From NCBI GenBank assembly GCA_007693585.1, contig REDH01000089.1, positions 21,323 through 85,322 of the forward strand: a DNA stretch of 64,000 nucleotides, given 5' to 3'. This DNA is from Deltaproteobacteria bacterium. GTDB lineage: Bacteria > Myxococcota_A > Bradymonadia > REDH01. The notes under the pieces are model-generated. The model was not told where the DNA came from, made no database searches, and saw only the letters and a list, made by a program, of their open reading frames with translations. Both the position numbers and the translations under genes were made by a program. This document shows, one piece after another, positions 61,529 through 64,000 of the stretch (the first letter of the stretch is position 1; every line of letters begins with the position of its first letter).

Positions 61529-64000
61529 TCAGGGATTGCGGATGTTCTGGGAGATTCCGTTGTTCCCGTTGCCACCGTCGTTGGGTCGGATGACGCAGCC
61601 GTTGCTGCCCTGGTTTCCGCCGCTTCCCCCGGGACCGACATTGAATGTGCGTCCTGTTCCGGAGACATCGCCACCCGCTGCGCGCCAGACCCCGATGGAG
61701 GGTCCGCCGCCGCCGCCGCCGCCGCATCCGCCCCGCTGGCCATTGCCGCCATCGCCGCCACGGCCACCGCTGCCACCGTTTCCGGAAGCGGGTCCGGCGC
61801 CGAACCCGCCGCGTCCGCCGGCACCTCCGGCACCACCGCCGCCGCCGGTGCCGCCGTTTCCGCCACCGACGGTCTCGAAGACGTTTCCTCCGGCGGTGGT
61901 CACCAGCAGGGAGTTGATGACGAGGGCTGCCACGGAGGCGCCTCCGCCGCCGCCGCCGGTGCCTGGCGCCCCGCCATAGCCTCCGGCTCCCCCTCCTCCG
62001 CCAGCGCCGCCGATTCCGGTAATGGCACACGTGACAGCCATCCGTCCGCCAGCGCCGCCGCCGCCGCCGCCGCCGCTGAGCCCGAAGCTTCCGAAGTTGC
62101 CGGTGTTTCCTGCCGATGGCGTGTAGACATCGGCCGGGGAGGCGAGGCTTCCGCTGGGGGTCAGGCTGCCGAGGCCGCTGCCGCCAGCGCCGGTGGTTCC
62201 CAGGAAGAGTGACACCCCGTCGTCGCCGTTCTGGCCGTTCCCTCCCGGCTCGCCACAGGGGCCTGCGGTCCCGCCGGTTCCGCCCTGGATGCCCGGCACC
62301 TGGCAATCGGCGGTTCCCCCGGTGCGGTTGGGTGGGCAGTATCCATCCCCGCCGTTGCTGCCTCCGCCGCCACTTGTTCCGCCCTGCCCTCCCGCCCACG
62401 TGGACCCGCCGGCGGAGGTGCAGCCAGGCGATGACCCGGGAACGGCGCGGGCGCCGTTTCCTGGGGTGGTGCTTGCGGCCGCGTCGCCATCCTGGCCGGG
62501 GCACCCGTGCAAGCCGTTGCTCCCGTTCCCCCCGCGCCCTCCCCGCCCGGCGCGGATGTGCACGTTGGTGATGCGGAGGTTGGAGGTGCTGTTTCGGACG
62601 ATGAGGGCGATGTTGGCCTGGCCGCCCTGTCCGGTGGCGGCGTTGGGGCGATCGGTGGTCTCGATGCGCACGTTTTCGAGGTGCACGGCTCCGGTGAGGC
62701 TGTCGGCCCGGACGGCGTTCCAGTTGTTCACGCGGAAGATGGGCTGCTGGCCGTTCTCGACGATCTGGATACCGTCGAGCTCGAGTCCCCCGCGAACGTT
62801 CCGGTTGCCGGCGAGGACCAGCGCGGCGCCCTGCGTGAACACGGTGGAGTTGGTACCGAGGAGCCATACCTCGCTGCGGCTGAGGCCGCCGGCTCGTGCG
62901 TATGCGTAGCTCACGGTCCGGCACGGCGTGGCTTCGGGGTTGACGCCGCAGCTGGTGATGTCCGTTCCGGAGGGCGACACCAGCACGGCGGGGAAGTCCT
63001 GTGTCGTGAACGTACGGGTCGGGCCCGAGACCCATCCGTAGGCTGGATGGTAGACCTCGGCTGCGTACTCGTAGGGGGTGTTCCAGCGCAGTCCTGCGAG
63101 GGTCTGCTGGAAATTGTTCATCGTGCCATTGAAGCCGGGCACGGCAATCGTGTCCCAGACCCCACCCGACTGTCGCCAGCGAAACCGGGCCTGGGTGGGA
63201 GCGGGCACTCCGGCGGCCTGCTGGCCGCGGAGCAGGGCGCTGTTGAAGGTCACCTCCGTCGCGAACGGGGTGTTCACCCCGGGCTGCTGCGGGAGCGTCG
63301 TGCGGACGACGTCCGCGGACCACGCTGTCCCGGCCGAGGTCGTGGCGCTGAAGGCGACGTGATACTCGGTGTAGGGCGTGAGTCCGGACAGCTCGGCCAG
63401 CAGAGCGGACTGGGCACCGGAGAAGGTCGGGATGGAGCAGTCGCCACCGGGTGTGGAGCCCGGCCTCGGTTCGGGGCTGGTTCCCCAGCACACGCTGGAG
63501 CTGATCATGTTCCCGGGGAAGCCGAAGTCCTCGATGACCGCGCTGGCATCGAAGGACGAAGTGGTTGGCGCGCTCGTGGTGGGGGGGGCGAAGGTGGGGA
63601 GGGCGAACGCGGTGAAGCTTTCGGTGGTGCTGATCCCGATCATTCCTTCGGCGTTGATGGCCTCGGCGACGACATAGTGCGTGGCGCCGGGGGTGCCGGT
63701 GGCCAGGTTGAGGGGTCCCAGTGGTCCCGTCGAGAACAGGGGTCCGACGGAGACGCAGTTTCCGGGAAGGGCCAACTCCGACTCCGCGATGCAGATGTGC
63801 AGCGTGGGGGGTGTGGGCACACCGAGATCGGCGATGTCGAGGAAGACGGAGACGTTTCCGAGGGAAGGCTCGACCTGCACGATCGCGATCGCCGGAGCGA
63901 GGGGGGCCGTGCGGAAGGTGGTGTCATCGCTGTAGGCTCGCCCGGCCTCGTTTTCGAGGAAGCCGGCGACATGGTAGTCGGTGAACGGCTCGAGGCCGGC
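61529..64000 (-). CDS. Very large secreted/surface protein, 3' portion only: FN3-like repeats, right-handed beta-helix, Gly-rich C-terminal tail
   Basis: No stop in frame from 63880 to the window end, so the gene continues past the window. FN3-type ends (LTPYTEYHVAFSA, WNTPYEYAAEV). A parallel beta-helix region. About 280 aa of GGxGG-type repeats with scattered Cys. Confidence 0.6.
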   Translation of the reverse strand, partial: AGLEPFTDYHVAGFLENEAGRAYSDDTTFRTAPLAPAIAIVQVEPSLGNVSVFLDIADLGVPTPPTLHICIAESELALPGNCVSVGPLFSTGPLGPLNLATGTPGATHYVVAEAINAEGMIGISTTESFTAFALPTFAPPTTSAPTTSSFDASAVIEDFGFPGNMISSSVCWGTSPEPRPGSTPGGDCSIPTFSGAQSALLAELSGLTPYTEYHVAFSATTSAGTAWSADVVRTTLPQQPGVNTPFATEVTFNSALLRGQQAAGVPAPTQARFRWRQSGGVWDTIAVPGFNGTMNNFQQTLAGLRWNTPYEYAAEVYHPAYGWVSGPTRTFTTQDFPAVLVSPSGTDITSCGVNPEATPCRTVSYAYARAGGLSRSEVWLLGTNSTVFTQGAALVLAGNRNVRGGLELDGIQIVENGQQPIFRVNNWNAVRADSLTGAVHLENVRIETTDRPNAATGQGGQANIALIVRNSTSNLRITNVHIRAGRGGRGGNGSNGLHGCPGQDGDAAASTTPGNGARAVPGSSPGCTSAGGSTWAGGQGGTSGGGGSNGGDGYCPPNRTGGTADCQVPGIQGGTGGTAGPCGEPGGNGQNGDDGVSLFLGTTGAGGSGLGSLTPSGSLASPADVYTPSAGNTGNFGSFGLSGGGGGGGAGGRMAVTCAITGIGGAGGGGGAGGYGGAPGTGGGGGGASVAALVINSLLVTTAGGNVFETVGGGNGGTGGGGGAGGAGGRGGFGAGPASGNGGSGGRGGDGGNGQRGGCGGGGGGGPSIGVWRAAGGDVSGTGRTFNVGPGGSGGNQGSNGCVIRPNDGGNGNNGISQNIRNP

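Noticed and set aside
61431-63491. 686-aa Arg-rich minus-strand ORF
   Set aside because: Same strand as the large surface-protein gene but in the wrong frame (poly-Arg/Trp from GCC/GGC repeats). The FN3 / beta-helix frame is the coherent one.

Overview
64-kb window of very high GC (~70%) bacterial chromosomal DNA, densely packed with protein-coding genes. No rRNA, tRNA, CRISPR or mobile-element signatures were seen. Gene content looks deltaproteobacterial / Myxococcota-like, but that is a guess. Main blocks, left to right: (1) a 5'-truncated MFS transporter gene, a DUF6178-like protein and a lipoprotein; (2) a complete type IV pilus assembly cluster on the minus strand in the conserved order pilM-pilN-pilO-pilP-pilQ-aroK-aroB, flanked by a divergent sigma54-type response regulator (PilR-like) and by a pilD-then-histidine-kinase unit; (3) housekeeping genes asnS, holA, rpsT, cinA, a degenerate thpR/ligT homologue, recA; (4) a separate PilT-family ATPase / outer-membrane beta-barrel / PilZ-domain trio; (5) purD, purH, a Cys-rich sigma70-region-4 mini-protein, glpX, cvpA, ftsH; (6) an envelope cluster of lipoprotein, PEGA-domain Ser/Thr kinase, YcbB-type L,D-transpeptidase and lipoprotein; (7) a long minus-strand operon yceD-rpmF-rpiB-nrdR-ribD-ribE-ribBA-ribH-nusB, preceded by mlaE-mlaD with no mlaF; (8) a LysM lytic transglycosylase, hemerythrin-ubiB-tlpA-gloB, rluA-family, a Leu/Phe/Val dehydrogenase, a DUF4912 + GH57 pair, and the 3' part of a very large FN3 / beta-helix / poly-Gly surface-protein gene that runs off the window. 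Many long antisense ORFs in the six-frame track are high-GC artefacts and were rejected. Several ORF-track start codons are GTG or TTG printed as M. Starts were re-derived where possible, and coordinates follow the ORF track. Nothing here is a recognisable defence or mobile system. The most interesting material is the set of atypical pilus-machinery features and a few uncharacterised modules, listed in the findings.
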